Origin: Vermamoeba vermiformis
Taxonomy: Eukaryota
DNA length: 64,000 bases
Assembly (NCBI GenBank): GCA_045837725.1
Contig: JBEWZL010000077.1
Span: 682,001 to 746,000 of the forward strand
Direction: 5' to 3'
Position numbers and translations under genes: made by a program
In this document: one piece after another, positions 1 to 12,662 of the stretch
Numbering within the stretch: the first letter of the stretch is position 1
Layout of the letters: the number at the start of each line of letters is the position of its first letter
The notes under the pieces: model-generated
What the model saw: only the letters and a program-made list of their open reading frames with translations
Told to the model about the DNA's origin: nothing
The model's database searches: none

Positions 1-46
1 GAGAAATTAGTAAGTCTAATTAAATAATAATAGTAATAGTACTTAC

Positions 47-3004
47 ATCTTCTTGATACGTGGGGTTATTATTGCATAATCAATATCGAAGAAAAGTAGT
101 TCCGGATTCAGTCTTTGCATAACTTCAACTTCGACCAGATCCAACAATCCAGCAATTTCATACTTGCAAGCAAACTCCAATAGCTTATGTAACAGTTCTA
201 TACTATACTTTTCAATACCACTAATTTTGTCTTCGTAGATCCACTCGGACACTGCAGCGAGCAATTCTTTTGGTAGATCCACCTCGTTATTTCCGCGAAT
301 TTCTTTTAATAACACAGGCACGCGTGCTGCGTAAATAACTTCGTGGCCTTGTACTGTCAGATCCTTATTTTTGTTCGAGATTGTGAAATCGTGTGCTGCA
401 CTCTGGCCCAGTCTAAGAGCTCTCATGTCGTGTTGAAACTTTTCGAATAGTGTCTTGGGCTTGTATTCTTTGTGCACTACTGGCAACGCTAAAAAATAAA
501 AAAAATTCCGTCAGATCCAAAATAAAAATAATTATTTAAAAAATCGTTTCGTTTTTCGAAAGTTTTTTACTCATAGTAAACTTTATATATTTGGTAATCT
601 CAGATGTTATTAATAACATGACTTACTTATGCAATGAAGATCATCGAGTGGCTGTGCAGCAGATCCACCGACCAAGTACAACACGTTGTCATCGAGCACG
701 AGTGCGTTAGCGTAGCGTCCAAAATTTGTGAGCTTTTCATCGTCAGTGATCTCTCGCCACTCATTTTGTTCTGTTTAAACAATACTTAGTACGCGGTTAT
801 TACCCATTAATTTCAAATAACGACCAGAAAAATGAACAAATTTATTCAATCATCCGTAAAATGATCGGGGAATAAGTAAATAATTTGTGCACAAAAAGCC
901 GCGGCGGATCTGAGAGCTCTTTGAAAAAGTTGCTCGAGTTGACTGATCCGGTGAATTTCGATAGCAAAAATAAGATAAATTATAAATAATAATTGTTTCT
1001 GGTTGTTTTTTGATTTAAAATTCGTGTAATAGCTTCAATTTACCCTTTACCCTAAAAATAGTTATGTGTACGTACCAATATCGTAAGACCAAAAATCATT
1101 CAAATATTTCTTGCCGCCTTCACCGCCGTAAATGTACAACTTGCCGCCGTACTGCACCATGTAATCTAATTGTCGCGCTTGCGGTCCATTTTTGACTTCA
1201 ATTTGAGTCCATGTACTGGTCTCTGCATATGCACTTAATATTAACAAAAATAGTGCCAGTAAAGTATGAACGTAGTATATATATATCAGAGGATTATAAA
1301 ATCATACTGTTCGCCGCATTAAAATTCAAAATACCCAATTTTTTCACGTAAACAACGATATGTCAGTGCTCGTGCCATGATCACGTGGGACTTTCCTAAT
1401 TAGGCATACCTGGAGGTATACCCAACGGCATTGTTGCCATATGGGATTGATATATAGATGCGATGCTTAGGTAGGTCGGGAGAGTGCGCAACATTAACCC
1501 TCAATCCGAATGCCTTATTAGGAAAGTCCCACGTGGCTATGGGTTCGCGTGACGAGCGCCGACATTTTCGTTGTTTTCGCAAAAAAATCGAGTTGTACGA
1601 ATTTAAAAGCGTCCAAAAATAGACAGATCGGAGCTGTTCCGAAGTACAGTACGTACCAAAATCAAATTTGTAAAAGTCGCCAAAAGTCTCCACGCCGTTC
1701 CAACCGCCAAATATGTACATCGACTCTTCGTAGACAGCTGCGCCGTGTGCTCTGCGTGGCGACGGAATTTCACCTTTGGCTTCAACTTCTGTCCACGTCT
1801 CTGTCGCTGAAAATAAAAGTAAATTAATGATGCGGGTGCAAATGTTTTTGCAGTGGCAAAATAAATCGAACCTAGTCACAACTAACGAAAAAAGGGGATA
1901 TTAAATTTTTCGTACGCGCCAAATTTTGTTCGTTGTTTTTCTTAACGTTAGCGCGTTCGGGGGCACAATGCCCGCAAACTATATTTTTACATATATCAAC
2001 GTATACGAACGTAAGAAAACGTAAAAAAAAACATATAAAACGTAACAAAACGCAAAAAACGCAATCTTACGCGTAACGTAAGACTAAAAATAATAAGTAA
2101 TAAAAAAAGTTTGATATCTAAAGCACCGAGGCTTGAATATTCGACGTGCATATATATTAATACTATGCGTAAGATTCTTACCAAAGTCAAACTTGTAAAT
2201 CTTATTGATGCAATCGTTTCCTTCCTGCATCAATTTCCCGCCAAAAGTGTACAAGCAGTTGTCGTAGACTACGCCTGAATGCAAGTACATAGGCTCAGGT
2301 AAGGTGCCTTTGGCTTCCACTTTATGCCACCTGTGCGTGTCTAATTATAAAAGTTTAAGTACTTTAAATTAAAATAAAATTTAGAATTCTAAAATTGGAT
2401 CCAGATCTGATAATTATTTCCGATTATTTCGAATACTTACTTAAATCTAGATAACATAACCTATTGTCCATATAAAAATGTCCTCCTATTAATTGCGTGC
2501 CGGCAATTATATAAATCCGATTATTGTAAACAACGAGACCGTGGTATTGAGACTTTTGCACGACATCATCTTCATACGTGGAAAGCTGGTACCACATTTT
2601 TAATTCTAAAATTAATGAATGTTATTATGGAATGAATATTAGATAAATACTCTTTATTCCAAAAATGAAACTTCTAATCCGTTCGTTTTATTTAAGATAT
2701 TGTAGATAAATTAAATAATATCGTTATTTATAATTAATTAATTATAATTCAGTCGTAAGATTGACGGAAATGAAGATCTTCATGAATAATATATTTTACG
2801 TTTTAATTTAATTTGCGATTGACAAACATGTCGCTTACCAATATCATAGCAATTAACAATTATAGCGCCATTTGATCCAAATATTGCGTATATTATCCCT
2901 CGATGAAGAACTGTCCTTTGGCCGATCGAGATCTCATGCTCAAGCGGGATAGGCGGTAATGCTTGCCATTTGCCAATTTTTATTTCTTCTTGTGTTTCTT
3001 CCAT
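47..3004 (-). CDS. Kelch-repeat + BTB/POZ protein (LZTR1-like architecture), multi-exon, 3' end continues beyond the window start
   Basis: Successive exons each encode one kelch blade (HGAAVYEESMYIFGGWNG, HSGVVYDNCLYTFGG, YIYGGEGG), followed by a BTB-like exon (HDFTI..VQGHEVIYAARVP..EWIYED..LLEFACKYEI). GT-AG phase-1 introns separate the blades; ATG at 3004. Confidence 0.8.
1341..1585. repeat. Long imperfect inverted repeat (branched hairpin) inside intron 1223-1656 of the Kelch-BTB gene
   Basis: 1382-1407 pairs with 1510-1535 (26 bp, 1 mismatch). Outer arms aaacaacgatatgtcagtgctcgt / acgagcgccgacattttcgttgttt also pair. Confidence 0.85.
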
Positions 3005-3103
3005 TTATTTTAATATCAACTAAAATTTGGCATGCTTATGCGCAGCTAAAAAAGGCCCTAGAACTTTAGTTTGATTTTTTCACCCCTTCTAAACTAAACA
3101 ACT

Positions 3104-4179
3104 ATGGGCCAAGTGTTAGATTTTATTCTGCCTGCGGCAATGACGGTCGCGCCAGTGGCTGGCTATATCCCACAATACCAGTCCATCAAGAAAACAAAAA
3201 ACAGTTCTGGATTTAGTACTTTTGTTAGTTTAATTTTATTTATTTCAAATATATTGCGGCTGTTCTTCTGGTAAGATATTATAATCATATTTACAGTTCT
3301 AGGTAATTTAGAATATTTACCAAAAATATTTTTTTTTAAAGGATCGGCAAACGCTTCGAGCTCTATCTTGTATTCCAATCTATCTTCATGATAATTGCAC
3401 AATTATTTATGATGGAAGTTTGTGTACGTGCACAAACGGATGGCAAGAGACGAAAGAGATTTATTGGTAAGTCCAAATCTGAAACGTCAACATCCAGCTG
3501 AAAAAGCCAACCTTAAAACAATTTTTCTCATTTGCTTGTATTTTCAGAATTTGATCCATCTAGCTTTTGGAATTGGCGCTCATTTATTGACTATGGTAAG
3601 TGAATTTCAATTTCATATTAAATTTCGGGTGCTTTTTAAATCATAAATTAACACTTATTTTACTCGCAGTGGAATTTTTGGCTTCATTTACAGCTATTAT
3701 TGCGTTCTTTACGCTACTTTTCTTATTTCAAAACTGGTTCACTGAATTGTTGGGATTTTTGGCACTCGGTATCGAATCCGTCTTAGGTGTGCCTCAACTT
3801 TGGCAAAACTATAAAAAGAAATCTACTGAAGGCTTAAGGTAAGTTATTATATTAAATTCATCCGTATAACGAGCAACTAAACGAAAAATTTTCTAATGCG
3901 ATCCAAGATCGACCTTAAATTTTACTTTCCATCAACATTTATACATTTTTTTTACGTAAATTATTATATTATATACGATATTAATTGTATTAATTTGTTT
4001 CTGGCAGCTGGACGATGATTGCTAGTTGGTTCATCGGAGATTTCGTGAAGACAGTGCTGTTCATTCAACGCGGTGCGCCACTGCAGTTCACTTTGTGCGG
4101 AATAATTCAATTGACCGTCGATTGCTTGATTTGTTATCAGATTTACGCGTATACCAAGCCCAAGAACAGATTTGATTAG
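3104..4179 (+). CDS. PQ-loop repeat membrane protein (PQLC1/SLC66A2/Any1-like)
   Basis: Spliced translation gives two PQ motifs (GYIPQYQSIKKTKNSSGFS; LGVPQLWQNYKKKSTEGL), plus LRLFFW-IGKRFE, WFIGDFVKT and APLQFTLCGIIQLTVD. Stop at 4177-4179. Confidence 0.85.
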
Positions 4180-4531
4180 GATCTAGTTTCACTCGAGTAT
4201 ACTTCATTCCAGTCGATGACGGTTGTGTTATTTGCAGTACCAATAAAGTGTCACTAAACCAACAATAGGCTTTGTGTATAATTCACCTTAATCGGATCCG
4301 ATGTGACAGATCTGTCCTGTGAAACTGCAATCGCGTTGGTATATTTTCTTTCAGGAAAATCATTACCGTTAAAGGAATGTTAGTGCAAATTAATTAATTG
4401 GTGCACTTTCTCAAAGATTAAGGCAGCTACGCAAAAATGAAACGGGTTGACAAAGTCATTTCTGCGACAATTCCAAAAATGAACAGCACAAATATCTCGT
4501 AAAGTCAATCGGTTATAATACCACTGATACT

Positions 4532-5559
4532 ATGGAGCTATTAGAGGTTTGTTTTCGATTACTTTACTTTGTCTACAGCTAATTTTGGGTCAGGTGAAAA
4601 CATATCCGGATGGACCTGCTTTCGCAGCGGATTGTCTTGGATTTTTGAACGAAAAAGAAATAGAAAATAATGTGATGGTATCCATTGCACCTAAATTGAA
4701 GGGAGATAGCTTGTTGTTCTCTGTACGTGACAAGATCTCAGATCAAAGTAAGTCCAAAACGAGTAGAATATTCTAAAATTAATTGTAAAAATATTAGTAA
4801 TATTGTGCGGTATGAATGACGTCGGTTTTAACATTCTTGCGATTGTTTGCTATGAGCAAGATCCAGCAAAATTGCGAAATATTCTTGATTTCACCGCTGC
4901 ATTCTTGTTAACGAATCCCGCCACTCCAAAGATGATATCTGTATCTGCTAGAAAAGACATATCAAACTATTTCAAAGATTTTCTCAACCAAAACTTCAAC
5001 GCCGGATTAAACGACGAGCAGCCCCTTCGTTGCTACGTGTGCAAGCAAGTAACTAACTACGCGCTTGAAAAATTAAGGAAAGTGCCTGGAAAGTTAATCA
5101 CTGCCGATGAGACTCATTTAGAAGCTTGCGTTCAATTAGTACTTGACTTTGAAGCGTTCGTTCATCCTCCAAAACAACGCAGATCCGGTACGCTCAAAAG
5201 ACTATTCAAATAAGTATTATTATTAACATCTCGTATTAGCTGAGGCAATTAGATCAAGGTTAGCAGATCTTATTAAGGCGAAAATGGTTTGGCTTTGGTC
5301 GGATGCAGGAAAATTTACCTCAATAACCATGTCAACACGCGAAACAACTACTTCAATAGGAGTCAATGCAGTATTTACGCCTGAAGAATATAGAGGCCGA
5401 GGATACGCTACTGCATTAGTCGCTTCTGTTGTACAATTGCTGTTGCAACTCAAACCGAACGTGTTTTTGTTTGCGGATCTGAACAATCCAGTCAGCAATA
5501 AGGTCTATGTGAATATTGGATTCGAGCCTATTGAAGACTCGGTGAGATGGGCTTGCTAG
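4532..5559 (+). CDS. GNAT family acetyltransferase, bacterial-type two-domain form; about 4 exons
   Basis: C-terminal exon carries the acetyl-CoA motif VNAVFTPEEYRGRGYATALVA and LFADLNNPVSNKVYVNIGF. Upstream exons join via GT-AG. Confidence 0.8.
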
Positions 5560-5681
5560 TGTAGAGATGAAGCTGAAGCCATAATAAACGATGTATTGTT
5601 TGATATATGTAGACAAGTCTTATGCATAAAGTTTGAATTTACTAAATAAGGCAATAAGATAAAATCAAAAATTGTACTAAT

Positions 5682-8600
5682 TTAGTCAAAAAACTCGTCC
5701 GAATCCCAGGCTATCCTCGGATACTTGCAATCCTCTCGGATTAACAAAGGCACCATAAAATATACGAGAGTTTCATTGGCATTTGCAGCGGCGATTAATT
5801 GATCACGTGCTTCACCTGACAATTGGCTCGCGGAACTGCCTCCGAAACTTGCAAGGTGTAATGATGAGTTTTGTTGCACCAGATCCAAAAATAACGGCGC
5901 ATCCTCCGTAGAACATTTGATGCTAACCAAGATCTCTTGCAGCGTCTTGTTGGTTTTGATAGCAGTCAGTAGTCTTTGCAAAGTTTTGCCTTCAAACACG
6001 ACGTTCGTCATTTCTGACAAGTTGAGCAGTTGGAGCGGGCAATCAGGTTTCTCGAGCCATTCTACGATTAATTCCGTGAAAGCCTTTGCGTCCTCCGTGT
6101 TCAACGTTGACTTGCGGAGATTGAACGTTTTGATCGATCTATTGTGCACTAGACCTTTGCCAAGTACGACAGCAGCACCAGGATGCAAAGTTGATTTTTC
6201 CACGAAAAGCGTTTTCAACGAGCAATCTTCGCGCATGACGAACTTCTGAAGCGAGCCCATATGTTCAGCAGTGCATGTCAAGTATGAATTAATACTTTCG
6301 AGCTTTGTCGTGACGTCCAAGAACGACAGGTCTTGCAAATTAACGGATCCGAGCGATTTCAGGGAAGGAATGCTGAGTGCTTTGGCGAGTTCAGCAGGGT
6401 ACATTCTGAACCGGACATATTGGACTGTTTCAAGTGATGGATTCAAGGGCATATTGTTCACAATTAACTCTTTCAAGCCTTCTGATTCAACGTCAACCCA
6501 CGCCCTGCGGCCATCTTGGATAATTTCTTTGTTGCCTAGATCTTTCAGTGAAATTTCTTTGAGTGTTTTTGACTCGATTTGTCCTCTGATTAATATCTCG
6601 GTGATCGCCAAGTCTTCACCTCCAAATGACATCTCTTTAAAATGTTTTAAACCATTCGGTCTTCTGCACAACTTCGCGACTGCTTTAGCCACGTCTTCGT
6701 TCTTGATCGTGTCAAATGTCAGTGCTTCTAACGGTGCTTTTGTGTTGAGCAAGGCAGTGACAAAGGCGGAATAATTCAGCTCGGACTTGTTTCCTTTTTT
6801 GGTGCTTGCTAGTTCATCATCTTCTTCATCATCGTCACGAGAATAAACAGTTGAAGTACGACCGATTTCAAAGCGTTTCAAGTTGCATGAAGGATGTAAC
6901 AGAAGCTGCGACATCTTCTCGATTGATTCTTGTGTCGTCAAAAACACCGTCAATTCTTCGATTTTCGGGTTGCCGATAAGCAAGTCGAGAATTTCGTGCT
7001 CAATCGTTGCAAGTTTGTTGTGAATGTGTACTTGAGTGATGTCCGTATTCAGCTTCAAGTACTCAACTATCTTCTCTGTCAAGGCGGCAAATGCTGCTTG
7101 ACTGGACTTTCCTATTTTGGAATAGAAATATAGGGCTGAGTCTATACTCTTTGCACTGAAATCACAGTTTGACGCGCCTTGACCAGTCTTCAAGTACTCT
7201 TGTTTCCAAGAATCAATCAAACGAGTGACGAGCTCCAATCTGAAGTTGATCTCGTTTGATCCACCTTTGACGAGCTCAATCGGATCGTCCTTCAGCACTT
7301 CGTAGAACTGCTGCATGAGCATCTTGTCGCGGCCTTTCAGCGTGTTTTCGATGTACCTCTTGAAGGCCTCAGGTGACATCTTACCAGCGCCGTCTGTCTC
7401 CACGATCACGTGACAGAACTGGGGTTCGAGCCATGGAAATTTCTTGTCTTCTTGGCTCTCCCCGTGCACGACATTGCTGTACAGAAGACCGCTCTTGAGC
7501 TCAAAGTGTCGCTGTGTCTCGACATTCTGCCACTTGACCGTTGAAATGTGTGCTTTGTAGTTGTAAAAATCATCGCCGTAGAATCGCACTTTGCCGTTCT
7601 CTTTTCTTGCGTATCCTTTACGATAGAACGCATTGATCCAGCCTTCAACGACGTCAGTGTGGCCTGACATGCAGTTATTGATGCTGAACATCTCTTTCCA
7701 GTACCCAGGATCACGTGTCGTGTAGATCTTGCGAGTCTGTTCTTCAGCCTCCTTCAAATAAAGGCTCATTTTCTGGTCTGCAGAACCATCTTGATTGAAC
7801 ACTTCAGTGCGCATTCGGTGGATCTTGTGCTCGAGTGTCTCCCAGTCTTGTCTCGTGCCCAAAACTTTCACACGAGGAATTCCGCACATCGTAGACATGT
7901 AGTAGTAGTACGCAGACATTGCCTCACAGAACGCTGATTGCATGGCAAGTCGAGATTCCGCTGTGCTGCACGAGAAATCTGCCGTGAAGATACTTGCATC
8001 AACGGGAAGTTTTTTTGCAATGCCTGTCAATATAGTTATAACGATATTGAGGTTAATATGATGTACTTACCTTGAATGAGTGCATTGAGATCGATCTTAG
8101 AGACGTCGTGTGTCATGGCCATAACTTGCTTCTTAGACGTCGAGTCCGTGAACAAGTGTCTGAAGGCATCAGGACAGGTCAGTATCTCGTCTGCAATCTC
8201 GCACAGCACGGTGTAGAAGATAATGTCGGGCGACAGGATGACTGAGAAGTGGTTGGACCAAGCCAGCGTCAAATAGTGAATGTAGTTCTTGTGCACAAAC
8301 ACCGAGTCTGACGGGGCAGCTACTGTGCTCTCGATGATCTTCTGTTGATCCATTAGCGGGAACAAACCGTTAAAGTCTTTGACCATCTCGTGGTGGATCT
8401 TGAGACCGCTCGCGTTGACAGGCTCAAGGCTGGTGTCAATCACAATTGGCTCTGGAACGTACTCGTCAATTACCGTCACAGGAGCCTGTAATAATAAAAA
8501 TTCATTAGATGGGTCCTATCGCTTGGCACACGATAAACAAGAACGGCTTATGAACGTACCTTAATATGGGACAATGCTGCACGAGCCTCCTGAGCGAGCT

Positions 8601-9677
8601 GCTCGTCGATTTGCCGTTTTTGGTCTTGGCTTGGCATGTTATTGACGTCAATCACGCTCATCTTTCCGTCAGCCATCCAGCAGTAAATCTTGTCTCCAAC
8701 GACTGTTGCGTAGTTAGCGAACTCTTTTGGCTTGTCACCGCCAACGATCTTTTTCTCCCATGTTGCGGTCGCGAGATCCAGGGCCCACCACTCGTTAGGG
8801 TCAGTGTCACGTGTTGGAGAAAAGTACAATGACGAGCCTATTCTTCCTACGTAGGTGTAGGCGTACAAGTTGAGAGAGGGATTGTTCTTCAGTTCTTTGA
8901 CACGTGCCCATTTGGTCTCTTTCAGGTCGTAATAGAACAGTTCCCCGTGCTTCGCTGCCTTCTCTTTTTCGTATGAAGCGAAGGGGGCGTAGAGTACTAG
9001 AATATCATCGGATAGGGCGAGCATATACATTTCGTGCCGTTCTTGGGGATGTTCACCAAAACCTTCTTGAGCCGAAGTTGAAATTTGCGACGTTGAGGTG
9101 TTCACTTGATAAACCTTCTTTTCAAACGAGTTATGATTGCCGTCATAGTAGTACAATGATTGGCCAATGACTCCAATTGACGAAAGGTGGAGAGAGCCCC
9201 ATAAATCAGTCGCTCCTGGTAAATCCACTTTTCGCCATTGCTGCTTTACGGTATCAAAGCAAAGCCAACCACCGTGGTCGTTAATCCATATATCAGTTCC
9301 AACAGCCGTGCCATAAATGAAAATGTCCCCACAGTTTTTTCGGGGTGAGGTTGTCTCGATCTTGGACCAAGATGCGGATTTTGTATTGAAAACATGAAAC
9401 ACAGAACCAGCAATCTCCCCTAGACGAACATTTCCTTCCGCACGGCCAGCGTAGTAGTAAATATTGTCTCCCACTGGAATTGCAAGGCCTTCTTGGCGAG
9501 GAGTGGGAATCTGACCAGTAGTCGTTACTGATCGACGCAAGAAATTCTGAAATATTATTTACGTAAGTAATAGCAAGTAATTAATAATATTTTGACAGAT
9601 AACCACTCGTTTGAAATTGAATAAAATAATTATGTTGTTTTTTTGAAATAACTTACCAAAGAGTTGTTGGATTCCAT
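5682..9677 (-). CDS. Multidomain protein: Kelch propeller + DUF4419-like domain + RI-like leucine-rich repeats
   Basis: In-phase junctions (TTG|gtaag..cag|AAT; AAG|gtacgt..cag|GCT; CAA G|gtaagt..cag|GC) link the kelch ORF 8548-9540, the ORF 8036-8479 (AWSNHFSVILSPDIIF) and the ORF 5682-8030 (CGIPRVKVLGTRQDWETL, VEGWINAF, then LRR-like repeats). Confidence 0.7.
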
Positions 9678-9792
9678 TGCTTTGATAAATAAAATTGATT
9701 TTAGTTCTAACCAACAATTTTTGGTTGACAGGCGCTAAAAATGTCGCTAGAAAAATCTAAGAATGTGCATCCGTGTGTTACACGTGTGTCAA

Positions 9793-12478
9793 TCAATAGT
9801 TGTGATAGTCGTATCCTTTGTCTTCAAAATCTTCAGGTTTTGGAATTGATAACGACATTTCTTTGCGTTGTCGAGTCTGCATCATGATTTTGTTCGCCAA
9901 TGAACCTTCCGTCAGCGGATCTCCTTCAATTACTTTCCAATGGTCGAACAGCATTTGCGGGTATACTGGATGCTTGCATTCTTCTAATAATTCTTTCATT
10001 AATCCTATGGACTCAATCGCTGGCAAAAAACCGGTGATAAATGAACAGATCTTGCCGCACTTTTCTTCGCTAATATTAAATGCTCGTCGCTTGATCAAAA
10101 TTTCCTTGACTTTTTCTAAGTTGGCGTGATCGATTTTCATCTCCATCTTGAAGACAGGCTCCAACAGAATCGGCTTGGCTCGGAGTTGTGCTGCTTTCAT
10201 GACTCGCTTTACAGCGGGTAGAATCGCTGTGTATCCATTTCGCGAATAAACATTGGCCTCATATAAGTTCGTTTTGGTGCCTCGAAGTGGTTCGCCGCAC
10301 AAGGCACCTTCTTGCGTCGCGTAAACAAAGCCAGATTTTATCAACTTTTGAATCTTTTCTTCGTCGATGGATAGAACGTTCTTTGTATAATTAGTGAAAA
10401 TATTGGTGCTTCGTTCGGTTTCGATATTTTCAGGGCATATATACCAAGTATTATTGGCTGTATGTTCGTCAAGCCCAATTGTTTTTAGTAAGTCCGCGAC
10501 GTTAGTGATTTGTCTGCTCGTGTTTAGTGTCTCTGTCATTTTCAGTGTATCATCGTTCAATGGCTCCATTTTGATCCAAAATCTGTTGTGTTTGTTCGGT
10601 GTGACAGCAACGCTCATTTTAGATGACATTTCCGTGACACTTTCACGAAGCTGGAAATGGTAGTCTGTTTGGAACTCGGCTTCTTTTGCCATCGATCTGA
10701 GTCTTTCTATAATTATGCTTGCATGAAACTCTCCACATTCAAAAATTGTTGGGCAATAATAGCTTTCTGAGATGTAATCATTTCGTACGTCAAGATAATA
10801 CGCTTTTCTTAACAAAGGCAGGGAAGAATTCATGTTCGCATCGATATGAAATAATAGCCCTAGTCTTGGTGTTATTGATGATATTGTTTGAGGAATGGCA
10901 TGAGCAGTCTCAATGCTGCTAAGTGTGAAACTATTGCACTGAGGAATCAGATCCACTCCTTCGAGAACGACCAAATTTCCGCACGGACAATAGTCGATAG
11001 AATTTCCACTCAATGTTGATAGACCTCGAATCAATCTCGCATTGGTTTTTTGAACATCTAAACAGCAATTACTACAGATCTAACCGCGACGCATTACTTA
11101 CACTTGGTGCCAGTCCATTCCGAGCCTAAATTTATTCCAACTACGAATAATGTGTCTTTAGACTTAATCGTTCCTGAGAATACTCGAGCAACCATATTAA
11201 AGTGGGTCTTGTCTGCTGAAAGCAAGTTGCGACTGACATAAACAAGGGTCGGTCCGTTGGCATCACATGCAGATATTGAATCGAAAATGGCGCCTTCGTG
11301 GTTGTAAAGCTTTTTTGCCAGATATTTTTGAGCTGCTATCGGGCTCGGTAAATGTTCGACAATTGCTTCGATGAGCGCATCCGTTCCAGAGAAAAACTTT
11401 CTGAGCGCACAATGCGCTAACTCGATTCCACTAAGCTTTTGTTCTTCACTCGAAAGCTTTATATCTAATTTGGTAATCACAGAGCCTAAGTCTTGTGGTT
11501 GACTTTCGTTGACTGAATTTAAGATCTTGAAAATCGGATCCAAAACCGTTTTGCAAAAGAATCGACGTAATGTAGCTCCATTATGGGATATATTTTTGTT
11601 AATAAACTGCTTGCTTTCGGATTCGTAAAAATTGTCGCCCCACATTCGCTTCAGAACCTTCATGTACTCGCTGATGTTTGCTTTTTTCGCGTAGAGCTTC
11701 GCAAATTGATTTAAATTGAACATCCAACCATTCTTCGCTGATCCAAAAATTACATTTCCTTTTACGGGATCGAAGCCGTAAGTTTCAAGTGCGCTTGGAT
11801 CAGTCTTTTGAATGAGTGCGTTCAATTTTTTAATGGATTGGTCAAATCTATTGTACAGCTCTTCTTCCGTTAATCCTTCGTCTATAATAGCGCGGTCTAG
11901 CATATTGAAAAATAATACAGGCCGCACTTGTTCTTCCAAAAGCCTTTTCAGTACTACATCCGTTTGAAGTCTTGGTCCGTCGATGCAATCAATAACTAAT
12001 ATTGCTCCGTCTGTAATTTTAAGCGCTGAAAATACTTCATCGTGGCATTCAATATGGCCGGGAGTGTCGGCAACAGAAATAAAATACGGATGTGATCTAT
12101 AGTGGACTGTCAACGAACTGTAACTCGTTAAATGGGACGGTAACTTGCTTGATTGTGATAATTGCTCGTTTGTAAGGCATTTGTATGGTTCTAAGTTCAG
12201 AAATTAGGAAAATGGCTCGTGGTAAAATTAAATTCGAATCCTTCGCAAATAGGAAACAGTGCAAAATTAGGAAAAAATATAGATTATGTTCTGTGATGGA
12301 CTGCGACTCATTATGATAATTTTTCAAAATCAATAATTTGAACTAAATAAAAAAACAACTTACCAGATGTGACGAGTGCACTCTTTAAGCTTGTTTTGCC
12401 GTGATTTAAGTTTCCGATTATTGCTATATTACGAATATACGCTGGAGAATTCAAGGGTAGTTTGGCTTGAGCTTCCAT
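9793..12478 (-). CDS. Divergent eEF2/EFL1-family translation-factor GTPase paralogue
   Basis: IRNIAIIGNLNHGKTS (G1), DTPGH, ALKITDGAILVIDCIDG, RMWGDNFY, IVEHLPSPIAAQKY, ARVFSGTI, PNKHNRFW, TQEGALCGEPLRG, ILLEPVF, PQMLFDHW. 3 exons. Confidence 0.88.
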
Positions 12479-12662
12479 CGTCCAAGCTTTGCTGAATATG
12501 CGTAAGTTATGTTATTCCCTTGTTATTATGTTATTGGCGCATAAATAATACACCCCAGCTCGCTGTACGTAAACATTTGGAGTTTATGTGTTTGCCATCA
12601 ATTTTTGTGCGTCAGTTTACAACGCACGTGCCATAAGATAATCACGTGCCGCGAATGTAAAT

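Noticed and set aside
1995..2075. Degenerate AAAACG(T/C) repeats in a Kelch-BTB intron
   Set aside because: Low-complexity intronic sequence with no regular period or spacers; not CRISPR-like or telomeric.
5917..6774. Long antisense ORFs opposite real genes (also 44885-45352, 49461-50006, 15092-15511)
   Set aside because: Shadow ORFs from codon bias of the coding strand; no recognisable motifs.
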